From NCBI GenBank assembly GCA_963799485.1, contig CAWCXJ010000002.1:1-64000 (forward strand): a DNA stretch of 64,000 nucleotides. Reading direction: 5' to 3'. The position numbers and the translations under genes are program-made. Shown here piece after piece: positions 39,001 through 48,780 of the stretch. The DNA comes from an uncultured Trueperaceae bacterium. GTDB taxonomy: Bacteria > Deinococcota > Deinococci > Deinococcales > Trueperaceae. Position 1 is the first letter of the stretch, and every line of letters starts with the position of its first letter. The notes below the pieces were generated by a model. It searched no databases. It was not told the DNA's origin and was given only the letters and a program-made list of their open reading frames with translations.

Positions 39001-39643
39001 ACAAGGGCTGACAGAATATCAGCAAGAAATCCTCGACTTTGCCAAGACGACCGGACTCGCCCTCGAGCAGAGTGTTTCGGGCGGCATCTCGCAAGGACTC
39101 AAGACGGCGATCAAGTCGGGTGCGGCGCTTGACTTTCAAGCGACCCTCGAGGGGCTTTTCGACACGACCTTCGACGGACTTTTCGACCAGCTCAGCAAAC
39201 AGGTCTTAGCGCAGTCGCTGGGGCCGCTCTTAACCGACCTCACCGCCGACATCACCAAAGGCGACGTAAACGGAGCCGCCCAAGGTGTGCAGCAGATCGC
39301 CGACAAACTGCCCGGCATCTTCGGCAAACTCGAGCAGATTCTTGCGCCCTTACGCGGGGCGGCTGACCGGCTCGGTTTTAGTACGCCCGCGAACGAACCG
39401 ACGTTTGAAAACTTAGGCCAGAGTATCAAGCTCGAGGCCCGTAGTCTCGGCTCCGCGACCCCGGACTGGTTTACCAGGATGGGGGCTTACTTCGATACCT
39501 TCGGGCGCGGTGCTGAACTCATCAGCCGCGCTGCCGATATGCAGTGGCGCGCCGCAAACAAGATAGACGCCGCCGCCGACAAGCTCTTAAAGGGGACAAA
39601 TGCTTATGAGTCTCGCAACCCGCAGAAACTTACGAAAATCTAA
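33044..39643 (+). CDS. Tail tape measure protein
   Basis: 2199 aa, Ala/Gly-rich helical, hydrophobic segments, GPWGAVAGG. Confidence 0.92.
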   Translation: MMKLASNSENSVGFLAFDLGVDQSEINDLTKQLEAIRKGAEAALNIKSSAGITQTLKDANAAAAPLSKTLQALAKDGKLAGDALNATGKSAGASATGVARVKKEIDPLQKSILSLRNETQAYRNTVESADVSNRDAVANFVRLKDASLQLASGLEKDTKGYRDLTGVAASASRSIKTLTGETTRLGFSGNTTVGVLGSMRKGFGGLGAVITPLVGVGGLAGLVKVTGDFVGEAQRANSAAVLFDKSIDRFGLNAGEANDLVGKLSEQFGILPSNVQSAATVMLRAGASLEDVDKALTAAGASAAASGFDIGKAFENVGQAVATGRSELLESSGIITNASTAYEAYAKTVGSSVDELTQAQKVQALSNAIFEESRYEIEDLDSVLTDQVKSQQAFRTALAESRQELGEKFAPVLTKGTEAVTALVGGFGELPGTAQASAAGLGVMATSAVGLSGSFGLLRTASAALFSAPTGLILLGVGAAAGLGTALYQVITSAEDLGVAVQTLGGELEANAKGFATVQTAVGELTKVTDKNGFMGVVETLATTLDEKGAASLKRFATATALPLIAQGDLQGAISETIAKLGELEQATLQTQLAESQRQYNEIFNRATSLKRIVDDLEVRASGANAAFGEASLPFTAADAASLKNYQTQLGETYGLLSQAQIGLNETRTQMDAVNEAQRILNDSTLTAEERLQGFADALGLAADFGLEANTALTGAGAAGDNAAGGVGAVGDAAGKTASQFDAALTASSDWITRLTREVDQNLKPASDVIDTFKTRINELQAEQTRLANAGLINGAQYDLAQEKIKLLVAAVEDLTGAKLVLPDISATVLDPLDEVRNAILGTQQELALSQDAGEAWGEAYTRVFGATGRAATEADTLEKSFFINRTKRQNEDIIAQENLASAVEYYGRTVESSSSFLEAQIEQNQRHINVLRDTIVAQDDWNERLAISNKDLPKTTRATDDFSTALAGLNDNAQGVTSAFDDIDDITGGLEDAADLAKALGKKFDGTGTEAKLLEAKITSLLERGFDPSSESVAGLTERLVELRKEQKEAEKANKTYAENLKVTRDAQEQLADASSIATDDIDELIRSLDRAAEGAGLLGQQARQAQTDLAALQVARDVAFGFDLLGQAATGALEAFPEMATEGKVALGALEGAAGSATAALQDGQISMADGFGIVSSAIDGVLSQLGDDVPAEVKIAGSAISSVFSGAAAGAAFGPWGAVAGGVIGGISGLFGGITEEQRRQAEAQRAFNDELQNTYEITVDIADQNKEGQTQSSNALLDSKLDYAQSSGNYEGKRGKGALGLAQLKIDLITEYEDFQATIDAMQDRYTAIDTQVRAINQQLETGISESGARLTEAQKADLQAQRTALLTEQGNLQTEYDNYFEAFGYKVGALLEQTDQIAKDLGISQQELYTALLTGNDEILGQLTGEQQEALRISLVSYYQAFGVLPEGAAEAAEALGLSTTTLLAELEASDQTLGTAAANGATATREGVDALNQQLIDFFGPEKSAQIRAMILALYDEQATALGEGDQTLAATAQGVNAAPAALTGILDQISAIFGDKAGPIIDLINQTYADMSGAVDTSTTTLSTQATTSGTTLSGDLSSIFNSAKDAITNTAPGAFSSLTDALSGIRGGLGDEGDLLGQSLFAQEQALAERQKQLFREQEIMAGRYGPDAKKALEDQIQAEREALKIALYSANGGGLIGYLSLSETNAANALGSFFNKQGTTLTTQGSQTVGKINNVTGDIRTAMNKLVAASTVGKPGSGLFSFKNPGSGGGGSRPGAAGFFAPLNATIDEHALGGMSSEFGNFDTYGLMQEIEARPFGYGTSFAQVEPDTSYRSGNVSSAGALGGLLLSVQRGVEGYKTGVVGSINSAIKTQQKAFSALSNSFEQGVQTDTERTLKALTEADRKQRAFIKKYGERKSRAPKEEKEAYAANKAALLEFERDTFDIISGRALTGYAIIGRSDGNLTGILGQLLGSKVKLKQGLTEYQQEILDFAKTTGLALEQSVSGGISQGLKTAIKSGAALDFQATLEGLFDTTFDGLFDQLSKQVLAQSLGPLLTDLTADITKGDVNGAAQGVQQIADKLPGIFGKLEQILAPLRGAADRLGFSTPANEPTFENLGQSIKLEARSLGSATPDWFTRMGAYFDTFGRGAELISRAADMQWRAANKIDAAADKLLKGTNAYESRNPQKLTKI

Positions 39644-41320
39644 ATGACCCAACTTGCTGCACTTAACCGCGCCGTCTTGCCACAACCGCCGTCACAGGGC
39701 ATTCAGGACTTTCACCTGATCGTGCTAAATCAGTCGGGGACGCAAGTCCTCAACCAGTTTTCAGCTTTCAAGTACAACGGCCTTGACCGTGAAGTAGCGT
39801 GCGCGGTTGCGCCCGGTGGCGCGGTCAAGACGTTGACTTTTACCGGCCTACCTGAACTCGTGGCGTGTACCGGGGGCGAAATTATCGTGTTCCGCCTCAA
39901 CGACGGCGACGGCTGGAAAGACGTGTTTTACGGCGCGATTACCGAGGGCTGGGCGGCAAAACCGTCACGGCAGCCCCGGCAGTACCTTGCCGACGCCGAA
40001 TACCTCTTAGACGGCACTGTGACCGACGCCGTAAGCTATCCCGCACAAGACCCGGCTCTTATCGCCCAAGACCTCGTGCGCCGGTTGCGGCATCCGGCGC
40101 TGAACTTTAACGAAATCGACTTCCCGCAGACGGCGACCACGCTCGAGGGCGGCTTTGAACAGCCGGGCATCCCTTTGGGTGAGGCGCTTAAACTACTCGC
40201 GCAGAGTGTTGCCGACTCGGGGCGCACCATCACGACCGGCGTTGACGGGCGCGGGTTCGTGTTCTTTCGGGAGCTTTCGGGCACACTTGACGTACCGTAC
40301 TACCCGGAAGACTATACCGACCTGCCGACAAATGCAGCGGATACGGTGACGGCGGTGTTGTGGGTGATTGGGAATGAGCCGAGCGTACCGGGATGGAGTG
40401 GGCCTTACAGCCCTAGCACGTTGACACATCTGAGCGTGCCTGACCCCGGCTTGCACCAGCGCTATGGGCGGACTATTGCCTCATTACCGCCTACTGATAA
40501 TTTGTGGATTGCCAAGCCCGGTGCTGCTGAAAGTGTGTTTTCTTCTAGTTTTCTAAACTCTCAAAACGTCAACGACGGCAACCCCTCCACCTTTGCACAA
40601 CGAAATCCGGCAAACACAACGAGCAATGGTTACATAGGCGTGAGTCATTCGGGCATGATAGCCGGTGAGCCAACTTATGGGGTTCGAGTAAGGTATAGGC
40701 GCGGCTATGACGCGACCGGGCTGTCGAGACTACAAATCGGTTTTCAAATCGAGACGGTAAACGAGCCTATCTATGTCACTTCGGGCTACCTTAACGTGCC
40801 TCTTGGCTACACTGGAGACGCGGCGCAAAGTATCGACGTTTTGTTTCCATTATCAAAGCCGGTCTATGTGGACAACATTCTCGGGGAGCCTGTAGGGTTT
40901 TATCAAGCCTCGGGCGTAAGCAGTGTCATGCAAGCAACCGTGTACGCCGACAATATAGGCACGTATGAAGTCTACGAGCTTTCCTTTTTGACGCTCAACA
41001 CCTCTCTCTTGGACGCCGCCGCTATCGCCGAACTCCGCACCCCCGCGCAAGAACCCGCGCAGCTCGTGTTACGCCGCGCCCAAGACCGTAACCGGGTCGG
41101 TTACTACGCCCCGGCGTTGCCGAAAGTCAAGCTCGAGACCGGCCTCTCCGACGCCGCCGAGTACCGCTACGCGTTTGACCGCTCCAACGGCGTCAGCACC
41201 GTGGTGGATTTAGGCTCACCCTCACGTGAAGGGGACGCGGCGCTGGCTGAGCGCATCCGGCTTGCGATTGACACCCGGACACGCCAAAGCGAGGTAAGAA
41301 CTACGATTGGCAGGCTTTAG
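39644..41320 (+). CDS. Tail tip/baseplate hub protein
   Basis: Follows tape measure; GVDGRGFVFFR, ..RYGR. Confidence 0.65.
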   Translation: MTQLAALNRAVLPQPPSQGIQDFHLIVLNQSGTQVLNQFSAFKYNGLDREVACAVAPGGAVKTLTFTGLPELVACTGGEIIVFRLNDGDGWKDVFYGAITEGWAAKPSRQPRQYLADAEYLLDGTVTDAVSYPAQDPALIAQDLVRRLRHPALNFNEIDFPQTATTLEGGFEQPGIPLGEALKLLAQSVADSGRTITTGVDGRGFVFFRELSGTLDVPYYPEDYTDLPTNAADTVTAVLWVIGNEPSVPGWSGPYSPSTLTHLSVPDPGLHQRYGRTIASLPPTDNLWIAKPGAAESVFSSSFLNSQNVNDGNPSTFAQRNPANTTSNGYIGVSHSGMIAGEPTYGVRVRYRRGYDATGLSRLQIGFQIETVNEPIYVTSGYLNVPLGYTGDAAQSIDVLFPLSKPVYVDNILGEPVGFYQASGVSSVMQATVYADNIGTYEVYELSFLTLNTSLLDAAAIAELRTPAQEPAQLVLRRAQDRNRVGYYAPALPKVKLETGLSDAAEYRYAFDRSNGVSTVVDLGSPSREGDAALAERIRLAIDTRTRQSEVRTTIGRL

Positions 41321-41322
41321 GA

Positions 41323-43311
41323 ATGGCTAACCTCAGCAAATTACGCGTTTACAAACCGCCCGATATCGAAGACCACGCCATCGTGACCGCCTCTGGGACG
41401 GTCTACAACGTGGCGATGGACGAACCCGAGTACACCGTGGGGAGCCTTGAAACCGCCATGATAGGGTTTGGCCCCGGTACGTGGCTCCCGGCGTCGTCCC
41501 TTTCCGACCCCGAACCCGCTAGTAAAGACTTTAATCTGGTCGTTGACGACCGGGTAGGGCGCAACGTCAAGCGGCGTGTGGAGGGGATAGAGGACGCGCT
41601 GCTCTACGCCGCTGAAGTGTGGCGACCCGACGGGCTGATGCTGCCGGTCACACGTGGCGCGGTGCGGAGCGCGACCCGCAACACTTTAGAAGCGACCGTC
41701 TACCCGACCGGCCCGCACTGGCAGCACCCCCTACTCGACCGGGTGACGGGCAAGGTGCCGTATGCGCTCGAGTCGAGCGCCGCCGCACCCATCGTCAACA
41801 CGGTTGACAGTAGCGCCCTGCACGCGTTCCTGACCCCGGCCCGGATGCCCGAAGGCTCGCTTTGCGTCGGCGTGTTTTGCAACGAACCGGCGCTCTACAG
41901 CGTCGCCTCGGTAGGCGCGACGATTAGCGCGCAGGGACAGGCGAACGCGGCCTCTGCCGGGATTTTCTACAGCCTCGGGACGTTCTACGCGCACGCGTTT
42001 GGACAGCAGACCTCACTACTCGGGACAACACAGGTGTTGCGGCTGTTCGCGCTCACGTGGCAAGAGGAACGGCAAGCGCGGTTTTACAGCTACACCGCCG
42101 ACGGGCTTATCGAACACGGGTCGTTTCCGGTTGGCAGCGTCCCGGCTTTTAGCGAACGCGAGCTGAGCCTCGGCTATATCAGCGGGGTCGGCGGGATAGA
42201 GGGCGCGTTTATGCCCGGCGCGCCGCGTCTGGGTAAAACAGGCGTACCGTTCCTGACGCAGCGGGTACTGACGTGGCCTGAGCTTAATGACGGCTTAGGC
42301 GCGTGGTATCGGCACCTCACCGGCTTTAGCCAATTCACCCCAACGCCGGTTGCAGCGGGCCTCGAGCTACTCAAACCCGCAGCCGCACAAATCGTTATCG
42401 GCGTGCCCAAGGAAATCCTCGTCACCGTCTTACGCACCGGCGGGCTCACTGAAGCCATCAAACTCACGGCGACGCCGGATAATATCTCGCTACGCGCCGC
42501 AAGCCTCGTGGAAGTGGTAGACAGCGACTTCACGACCGACATTTTCAAACTGACGCTGCTCGCCGAGGAAGGACTGACGCTAGGCGACCACAGCGTATCG
42601 CTGACAGCGACCACGGTTTCAGGACTCCGCAGCACTGCCGTGCTAGACCTCCGCACCTTTAACGAGCTGCCCGCCCTGCCGCCGAACACCACGCACGAAT
42701 GGCGGCTATACGACCCGGTCAACAAATCATTGGCGACGATGCGACAAAACACCGGGACAGCCGGGGCAGCGGGCGATTTAGTCCTGAACGGTCTTGCCCG
42801 TTTTTCAAACGGTTGGGACGCGGTCGTGGGTGATGGTAGCGATATCGCGCCCTACGGCCCAGCTATCGTCACGGTAGACAACGCTTTCGATATGGCGACC
42901 GACTACACCGTGTCGTGGGCATTTTGGGACGTGGACAAGTTGCCGCTGCTGAGTATCCTCTTTAGTGGCTCGAGCATGACGAACAAATGGGACTTCTGGC
43001 AAATCTACATTGCAAGTACCGGCCTTCGCTTACGTGTCAGCAAGGGTACGACTTCGCAGACGGTAAACGCTACCGACGCCGCGCTGAGTATTCAGGCGGG
43101 CGTTATGCACCTGTCGGTAAAGTGTGACGCCGACGGTAACTTCACGCTTGAAAATCCAACACTCGACCAGACGGCAGTGTTCAGAAACCCCGGCCTGTCC
43201 GGTAGTGGACGCCTGACGCTGTTTGGCACGAAACTCTCAGACGGCACGGTGCAAGGACTCTCGGCAGGTACGGCGCTCGTGGGGAGCATACAGACAGGCA
43301 TCGTGACGTGA
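41323..43311 (+). CDS. Minor tail protein with beta-sandwich (LamG/Ig-like) domains
   Basis: Beta-rich; position. Confidence 0.6.
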   Translation: MANLSKLRVYKPPDIEDHAIVTASGTVYNVAMDEPEYTVGSLETAMIGFGPGTWLPASSLSDPEPASKDFNLVVDDRVGRNVKRRVEGIEDALLYAAEVWRPDGLMLPVTRGAVRSATRNTLEATVYPTGPHWQHPLLDRVTGKVPYALESSAAAPIVNTVDSSALHAFLTPARMPEGSLCVGVFCNEPALYSVASVGATISAQGQANAASAGIFYSLGTFYAHAFGQQTSLLGTTQVLRLFALTWQEERQARFYSYTADGLIEHGSFPVGSVPAFSERELSLGYISGVGGIEGAFMPGAPRLGKTGVPFLTQRVLTWPELNDGLGAWYRHLTGFSQFTPTPVAAGLELLKPAAAQIVIGVPKEILVTVLRTGGLTEAIKLTATPDNISLRAASLVEVVDSDFTTDIFKLTLLAEEGLTLGDHSVSLTATTVSGLRSTAVLDLRTFNELPALPPNTTHEWRLYDPVNKSLATMRQNTGTAGAAGDLVLNGLARFSNGWDAVVGDGSDIAPYGPAIVTVDNAFDMATDYTVSWAFWDVDKLPLLSILFSGSSMTNKWDFWQIYIASTGLRLRVSKGTTSQTVNATDAALSIQAGVMHLSVKCDADGNFTLENPTLDQTAVFRNPGLSGSGRLTLFGTKLSDGTVQGLSAGTALVGSIQTGIVT

Positions 43312-43324
43312 TAGGGGGCAAGAT

Positions 43325-46159
43325 GTGTCACTAGATTCACAAGCCGCGTATTTCGCGCAATATGTAGCCTCGTCCCGATTGACGGGGCCTTCTCTCGAGC
43401 TACCTATCGGCACCGTAGCAGCTTATCGTGCCGACCTGCCGATGCCGGGGCAGAACGACCAGCCGTACACGAGTACACAGGCGCTTGTTTTTGGCACTGG
43501 CACAACCAGCGCTGACGGGACACTGACGACGTTCGGCAGCACCCTGATACGCACACCCTACCTGCTCGGCACCGACGCTTCAAAAGCCTTTGATGTGATG
43601 TTTACCCTTATCGACGCGGGGCCGGGTACGGGTGACAGCTCACTCGCCCTCTTTAGTGTCGGCGCTGAAGACGACCTCGACGCCTACGCCAAGCTCACCC
43701 TGTCAGCCGACCCGGTAGGGCAGCGCTCGCTAGTCTTAAACGCTTTCGACAAGGGCGTGTCGGGCGGCGTGACGGCAAAACTCCCGGCGGGGCTAGGACT
43801 CGGCGGCGTTCATAGCTTCTGGCTCAAGGTCAACCCTGTAGCAAAGCAGCTCACTCTCATGCACCTCGGTAGCCTTACCGCCGTTACAGCGACGCTCGCC
43901 TCCTACGCCTGGACAGGCAAGCTCTGTATGGCGCTAGGCGGCGCGTACCGGGGTTTGCAGGGTACGACCGGCAACCGGACGCCACGTGGCGCTGAGAAGT
44001 ACCTCGAGGCCCGTAGTGTCGGCTTTGCCCTCGTCGCCCGCGCCCTGCTCTCGAGCGAAGCACAGGACACCGCGAGCATTTTAGTCGGCACCTACCGTCA
44101 CCCGACGATTACCGTGCAGCCAGTAACCGCGTTTATCAAGGCGGGCGACCCCTCGACGACGTTCCGCGCGACGCTCGTCAACAGCGAGGCAAATCCGGTG
44201 TGGACATTGACCGGGCCGGGTACGCTGACGCTTGACGGCTTGAACGTCATCTATACCCCACCGGGCAGCATCAGCGCCACGAGCACCGCCATCATCCGGG
44301 CGCAAGCGGTCGGCGGGAACACCTTTGAAAGTATCATCACCCTCAGCCCTGCGGGGAACGCCGGAACGCCCGTCATCAACAGCTTTACGGCCCTACCTGC
44401 GAACGTCACAGCGGGGGGTGAAATCACCCTCGCGTGGAACGTGGCGGGGGCTACGAGCCTCACCGACGGCGACGGGGTAGCCCTCTCGCCGGTCACATCG
44501 GGCAGCGTCAAACGGACGCCCTACAGCGACACGACGTACATCCTCAAGGCGACGAACAGCAACGGGACGGTCACGGCGCGGGCGACGGTCACGGTCACGG
44601 GTAGCGTCACCGTCAACAGCTACAGCTACGACCCGAACTTCAGGGAGTCGGCGCTCGTCAACGGGCAAAGCGACCTGTACCGGCGGGCCATCGACGGGGC
44701 GCTGGGCTTTTTGGACACCGGCAAAAACTACGTGCACGGGGCGTCGAACCCGCACTGGAACGACGCGAACGCAAACACGGCGGGGCGGCCCAACACCGCT
44801 GTCATGAACTTTTTGCTGGCGCTCTACACCCAGACGAAAGCGCCGGAACTTATCGGGATTTTTGCCGACCGTATCGAACTCAATATCAACGCGATGCGTG
44901 CGCTCGGGCAGGGCACGCCGCCGCCGTCCAGGTATTACCCCGAAGGTAAAGGACGGTACTTGCTGGCGCTCGAGAAGGAGGCGTATTACAACACGCCCGT
45001 CACGGTGCAAAACGACAACGGCACGAGTTTTCAAACCTCGTGGCTGACCATGCCGAAGCCGCTGTTTGTCCGCAAAACAACCAAGGCGACGCCGGAAGGC
45101 AAGACTGCCAGCGGCGCGGACGCGAACCCGCACGATTTGACGCCGCGCCTGTCCGGGTACGTGGCGCTCCTGATGGTGCTAGACCAGAACCGCAACTACA
45201 ACCGGGGCGCGGGTAAAGAGTCGATTGCGAGCCTGTGCGACTGGGGTTACGACTGGTTTTACAAATACCTGGCGTTTTATCGCTACCGGGCGGATAACTC
45301 AACACAGGAGCCCGACTTCAGGGGACTAGGCCGGTTCCGCGACGGGATGATCGACTGGAAAGAGGACATCGCCCACGACTTCGTGCAGCACCTTTACCTC
45401 GACTTCATGAGCTGGGAGTGGGCGCGGCTCCGCGAAGGCCCCGCAAGCCTGCGCGCTGTGTTCTGGGAGAACTCGTACCGGAAGCGGCTGTCATGGATTG
45501 AACTCTCCACCAATTACGCCCCCACGCCCAACGGCAAGGAGACCGCCGTGTTCGGGCATCAAATGTCGAAACCACGTATGACGTGGCGTAATGCGTCGCA
45601 GACGGCGGCGTTTTCCGGCGGCGGCTGGTTTGCGCGCTACTCGTCCGACCTGTACCACTGCATCAACGTCATGGCGCTTTTGGGCGCGCCGGGAATGAAG
45701 CGCTTCGCCGAGGCGCTGGCAAACAACTTTTCGCAAGTCGGCTGGATTAGCAATACGAAACTCTCGACGCGGATTGCCGGGCCGGGTAACAAGTTTGTCG
45801 ATGGCTCGAATATCCCTTACGGCCCACCTTGGCCCAGCGGCCTGAAGCTCGACCAGCCGAGTAGTAAGTTTTACGAGTACGTCACGACACAGGCCCAGGT
45901 CACGCCGGTAGACCAGGCGGACTCGCTCGCCTCGTTGCAAAACCGTTTTCGTCAGACGCAGGGGTTTGAATTAGCCGCGTTCGACCCGACAAGTGATAAA
46001 GAGAACATCAAACGGGTGTACGAAATCTCGGCTATCTACCCGAACTACACCCCGGCACGCGGGCAGACGATTACAAAAAGCGACGATAACTGGTGCAAGC
46101 GTCAGATTATCGATTTCATTATCTCGAGGCGCTTTGGCGTCAACCCTAAAAATATCTAA
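43325..46159 (+). CDS. Virion protein: LamG-like, Ig-like, then helical putative enzymatic domain
   Basis: PVINSFTA..ITLAWNV..TTYILKATN Ig repeat; aromatic-rich helical C-terminus paralogous to 50043..51608. Confidence 0.6.
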   Translation: MSLDSQAAYFAQYVASSRLTGPSLELPIGTVAAYRADLPMPGQNDQPYTSTQALVFGTGTTSADGTLTTFGSTLIRTPYLLGTDASKAFDVMFTLIDAGPGTGDSSLALFSVGAEDDLDAYAKLTLSADPVGQRSLVLNAFDKGVSGGVTAKLPAGLGLGGVHSFWLKVNPVAKQLTLMHLGSLTAVTATLASYAWTGKLCMALGGAYRGLQGTTGNRTPRGAEKYLEARSVGFALVARALLSSEAQDTASILVGTYRHPTITVQPVTAFIKAGDPSTTFRATLVNSEANPVWTLTGPGTLTLDGLNVIYTPPGSISATSTAIIRAQAVGGNTFESIITLSPAGNAGTPVINSFTALPANVTAGGEITLAWNVAGATSLTDGDGVALSPVTSGSVKRTPYSDTTYILKATNSNGTVTARATVTVTGSVTVNSYSYDPNFRESALVNGQSDLYRRAIDGALGFLDTGKNYVHGASNPHWNDANANTAGRPNTAVMNFLLALYTQTKAPELIGIFADRIELNINAMRALGQGTPPPSRYYPEGKGRYLLALEKEAYYNTPVTVQNDNGTSFQTSWLTMPKPLFVRKTTKATPEGKTASGADANPHDLTPRLSGYVALLMVLDQNRNYNRGAGKESIASLCDWGYDWFYKYLAFYRYRADNSTQEPDFRGLGRFRDGMIDWKEDIAHDFVQHLYLDFMSWEWARLREGPASLRAVFWENSYRKRLSWIELSTNYAPTPNGKETAVFGHQMSKPRMTWRNASQTAAFSGGGWFARYSSDLYHCINVMALLGAPGMKRFAEALANNFSQVGWISNTKLSTRIAGPGNKFVDGSNIPYGPPWPSGLKLDQPSSKFYEYVTTQAQVTPVDQADSLASLQNRFRQTQGFELAAFDPTSDKENIKRVYEISAIYPNYTPARGQTITKSDDNWCKRQIIDFIISRRFGVNPKNI

Positions 46160-46167
46160 GGAGGCTC

Positions 46168-46650
46168 ATGTCGCAACTGGCGAATTATCTGCCGCTCAAG
46201 CAGGGGCGCGACGCGGTCATCGTGCTGACCGCCGAGGACGCCGCAACGGGCGCGGCACTGGCGGTGGGCTGGCTCCCAACCGACGCCGCCCGTATGCAAA
46301 TCCGGGAGTATCTCAACGGCCCGGTCATAGGCGAGCTGACGAGTGAACGGCACATTGGCATTTTTGCCGCTGCCGGCCCTGAATCGGCGTACATCACGCT
46401 CTCATTTTACGGGGAGGAAACGATTACCTGGAGGCTGAGCGCGGCTAAAGAATTGTTGCCGCTCGAGCCTATAGCCGAAACGTTTGTCGATGGCGACCTC
46501 GTGCTACCGGGTCAAAAACTTTACGGGACGCTGTTCCTGACCGACCAGAACGATACAGACCGGCCCGGTAGCGGGGCGGATTTTGCTTTTCTAATGGAGG
46601 TTAGCTTGACCCGCGAGGCTGAGGTCGAAGTGGTGGTAGACGATGCCTGA
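46168..46650 (+). CDS. BppU-like adaptor, module A
   Basis: LKQGRD..ARMQIREYLNGPVIGEL. Confidence 0.6.
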   Translation: MSQLANYLPLKQGRDAVIVLTAEDAATGAALAVGWLPTDAARMQIREYLNGPVIGELTSERHIGIFAAAGPESAYITLSFYGEETITWRLSAAKELLPLEPIAETFVDGDLVLPGQKLYGTLFLTDQNDTDRPGSGADFAFLMEVSLTREAEVEVVVDDA

Positions 46651-47515
46651 GGTTGCAATCAGGGCGCAAATCGACGATGTGGTTATCCTTATCGGCGCGG
46701 GGACGCTTACGCTCATCCCCCAAATCCCCTTCCCGGGTGGTTCAAACATTCCGCCCGGTACACAAAACGAAGCGCTTGGATATGTAGACGCCAACTTCGC
46801 GCTAACGGTGAATACGGTAGGCCCCGCTGAACTTGGAGCGCTGCGCGGGCAGTTTGACCTGACCCGCGAACAGGTAGACAACTTCGACGCCGCGCTAGAG
46901 GGACTCGAGACCAATCAGACGGGGCTCCGAAACGACCTCAACACCCTGGACAGCACCGTGCAAAGCCTCAACACGGCGGGGCTGAGTTCGGTCGCGGTCG
47001 ATAACGTCGGCAATCTGATTTTCACCTACGCCGATGGTGGTACGAATAACTACGGCTTTTTCCCGGCCCCCCGCACGTTTCGCGGGTACGCGACGGCAAA
47101 GCCTACGGCCTCCGGTGTACAGGGCGATATTTTCTTTAACTTCGGCCCTGCCCTGAACATCGTGTGGTGGCTCTGCACGACAACGGGGGTAGCCACCGGC
47201 GGCACGGGAACGGTAGCGGTCTGGGAGGCGCGAGGCGTGCCAGATTACGCGCCGATGGTGTTCGATTTCAACGCGAACGGCGTGTATCTGAACTTCGTCG
47301 GCAAGGTGGGCGAAGTCTACGCCGCGCCTACCTACTTCGGGGTCGCTACCGGCTCTAACGTTGTCTGGCGCGCCTACACGAACGCCGCGCTCACGGGTGG
47401 CACGGTTATCAGCTTTCCCTATACCGTCACTGCCGACCTCACGACGATAGAAGCAACCGTTTCAGGTCTGGCAGCCGGGGTCAAGGCCGGAGCGCGGCTG
47501 AAGCGCACAGCGTAA
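46643..47515 (+). CDS. Tail fibre-like protein, module A
   Basis: Coiled coil, GNLIFTYADG, PTASGVQGDIFFN..WLCT. Confidence 0.6.
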   Translation: MPEVAIRAQIDDVVILIGAGTLTLIPQIPFPGGSNIPPGTQNEALGYVDANFALTVNTVGPAELGALRGQFDLTREQVDNFDAALEGLETNQTGLRNDLNTLDSTVQSLNTAGLSSVAVDNVGNLIFTYADGGTNNYGFFPAPRTFRGYATAKPTASGVQGDIFFNFGPALNIVWWLCTTTGVATGGTGTVAVWEARGVPDYAPMVFDFNANGVYLNFVGKVGEVYAAPTYFGVATGSNVVWRAYTNAALTGGTVISFPYTVTADLTTIEATVSGLAAGVKAGARLKRTA

Positions 47516-48153
47516 TGCCGCTAGCTATCCGGCGGCGCATCACAGCGGGTGGTACGACGCGGGACACGCTCCTGTTTGCTGCTACCGCAGCTGCCGATAC
47601 CCGGTATATCTACGATGGCGCAGACAGCCCGAGCAGCTTGGCAACGACAAACTACCTTTACGTGCGGCACATCAGCAGCACGCGCTTCAACTATCGCAGC
47701 TTCATGTACCTCACAGCCGAGAGCGGACGAAGCTTACCCGCGAACGCGACTATCGTTTCAGCACTGGCGCATATCTACCCGGACGGCGGTGCTACGACGC
47801 CGCATCCCTCACGCTGGGCGTTTGAAAAAGCAATCAATCCGACCCGGATTACCCAGAAGTCTGAATTGACGATGCCGAACGTTGGCGGCGGGCGCGTCAA
47901 AACGTCGCTGTATACCTGGACACCGCCGGGTAGCTGGACAGCCCCGAACCTCTATGACGTGGACGTGACGGCGCAGGCGCAAGAGGTGCGAGCGTTCGGG
48001 TCAGGTGCAATCACCAACTTGTGCCTCTTTTGGCTGCCTGAGAATAACAACGGATACGCAGGCGACAACAACAATCACCGGACGCTTTCGTATCAGGGCG
48101 ACCCGGCAAAGACGGTGACGCTTACGGTTACATTCGACGTGCCGACGCCATGA
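47515..48153 (+). CDS. DNRLRE-like carbohydrate-binding virion protein
   Basis: ADTRY..YRSFM..LPANATIVSA..DVTAQ. Confidence 0.55.
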   Translation: MPLAIRRRITAGGTTRDTLLFAATAAADTRYIYDGADSPSSLATTNYLYVRHISSTRFNYRSFMYLTAESGRSLPANATIVSALAHIYPDGGATTPHPSRWAFEKAINPTRITQKSELTMPNVGGGRVKTSLYTWTPPGSWTAPNLYDVDVTAQAQEVRAFGSGAITNLCLFWLPENNNGYAGDNNNHRTLSYQGDPAKTVTLTVTFDVPTP

Positions 48154-48497
48154 CCCAAGTCAACTCGCAACTCAACACCGATATTTTAGGAGGCCCTGTG
48201 GCGACCAACCCCGCATTCAAAAGTGTGAACACCCGCGTACTCGTGGACGCGCTGCAAAAAGAGACGATTGCGCGTACCGAAGCTCATCTGGTGAAAATAA
48301 AAACCCTGTCGTGGCGTCAGCAGTTTTTAGACCCGACGAGTGAACTTATCGGCGAGTTAAAAGCCTCTAACGCGCTGCTCGACATTTTGATGACCGGACA
48401 CGGGTTTCTTACCAACCCGACAAACGACACGGCGGCGGGCTTCGAGGGCGCATATAGCTACCTGACGGGCAAGGGTATCGCGCCGGGAATCGACTGA
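48150..48497 (+). CDS. Hypothetical protein
   Basis: Coupled ORF. Confidence 0.6.
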   Translation: MTQVNSQLNTDILGGPVATNPAFKSVNTRVLVDALQKETIARTEAHLVKIKTLSWRQQFLDPTSELIGELKASNALLDILMTGHGFLTNPTNDTAAGFEGAYSYLTGKGIAPGID

Positions 48498-48498
48498 A

Positions 48499-48529
48499 AA
48501 GATGCTCGAGAATAACTCTCGAGCATCTT
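48499..48529. terminator. Bidirectional terminator-like inverted repeat
   Basis: AAGATGCTCGAG-aataact-CTCGAGCATCTT between convergent genes. Confidence 0.75.
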
Positions 48530-48570
48530 CGGTAGATATGCCTTTGGGGTCGCCGTGACGACCTAACTCC

Positions 48571-48780
48571 TCAACCCCCCAAACCCTTCACCCGTTCGGA
48601 TTCAAAGAGGATGAGCGTCAAAAACTCTCCCTGCGTGCCGTCCGTTTCGGTGTGCCAAAAATCGAAAGCCAACTCGAATGCAGCCTTGACTCTGGGCTCG
48701 AGCGAAAACCCCTTCGTAATGAGGGGTTCGCTATTCTTGGGCTTCCTGCCCGCACCCTTGCGGGTGCCGCCTTTAGGCAC
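48571..48780 (-). CDS. AT-hook-like/RHH small DNA-binding protein
   Basis: GGTRKGAGRKP; GTG 48780 coupled to upstream stop. Confidence 0.65.
   Translation of the reverse strand: MPKGGTRKGAGRKPKNSEPLITKGFSLEPRVKAAFELAFDFWHTETDGTQGEFLTLILFESERVKGLGG

Noticed and set aside
33406..39429. Long minus-strand ORFs within the tape measure and other genes
   Set aside because: Antisense shadows of GC-rich coding sequence; no RBS or motifs
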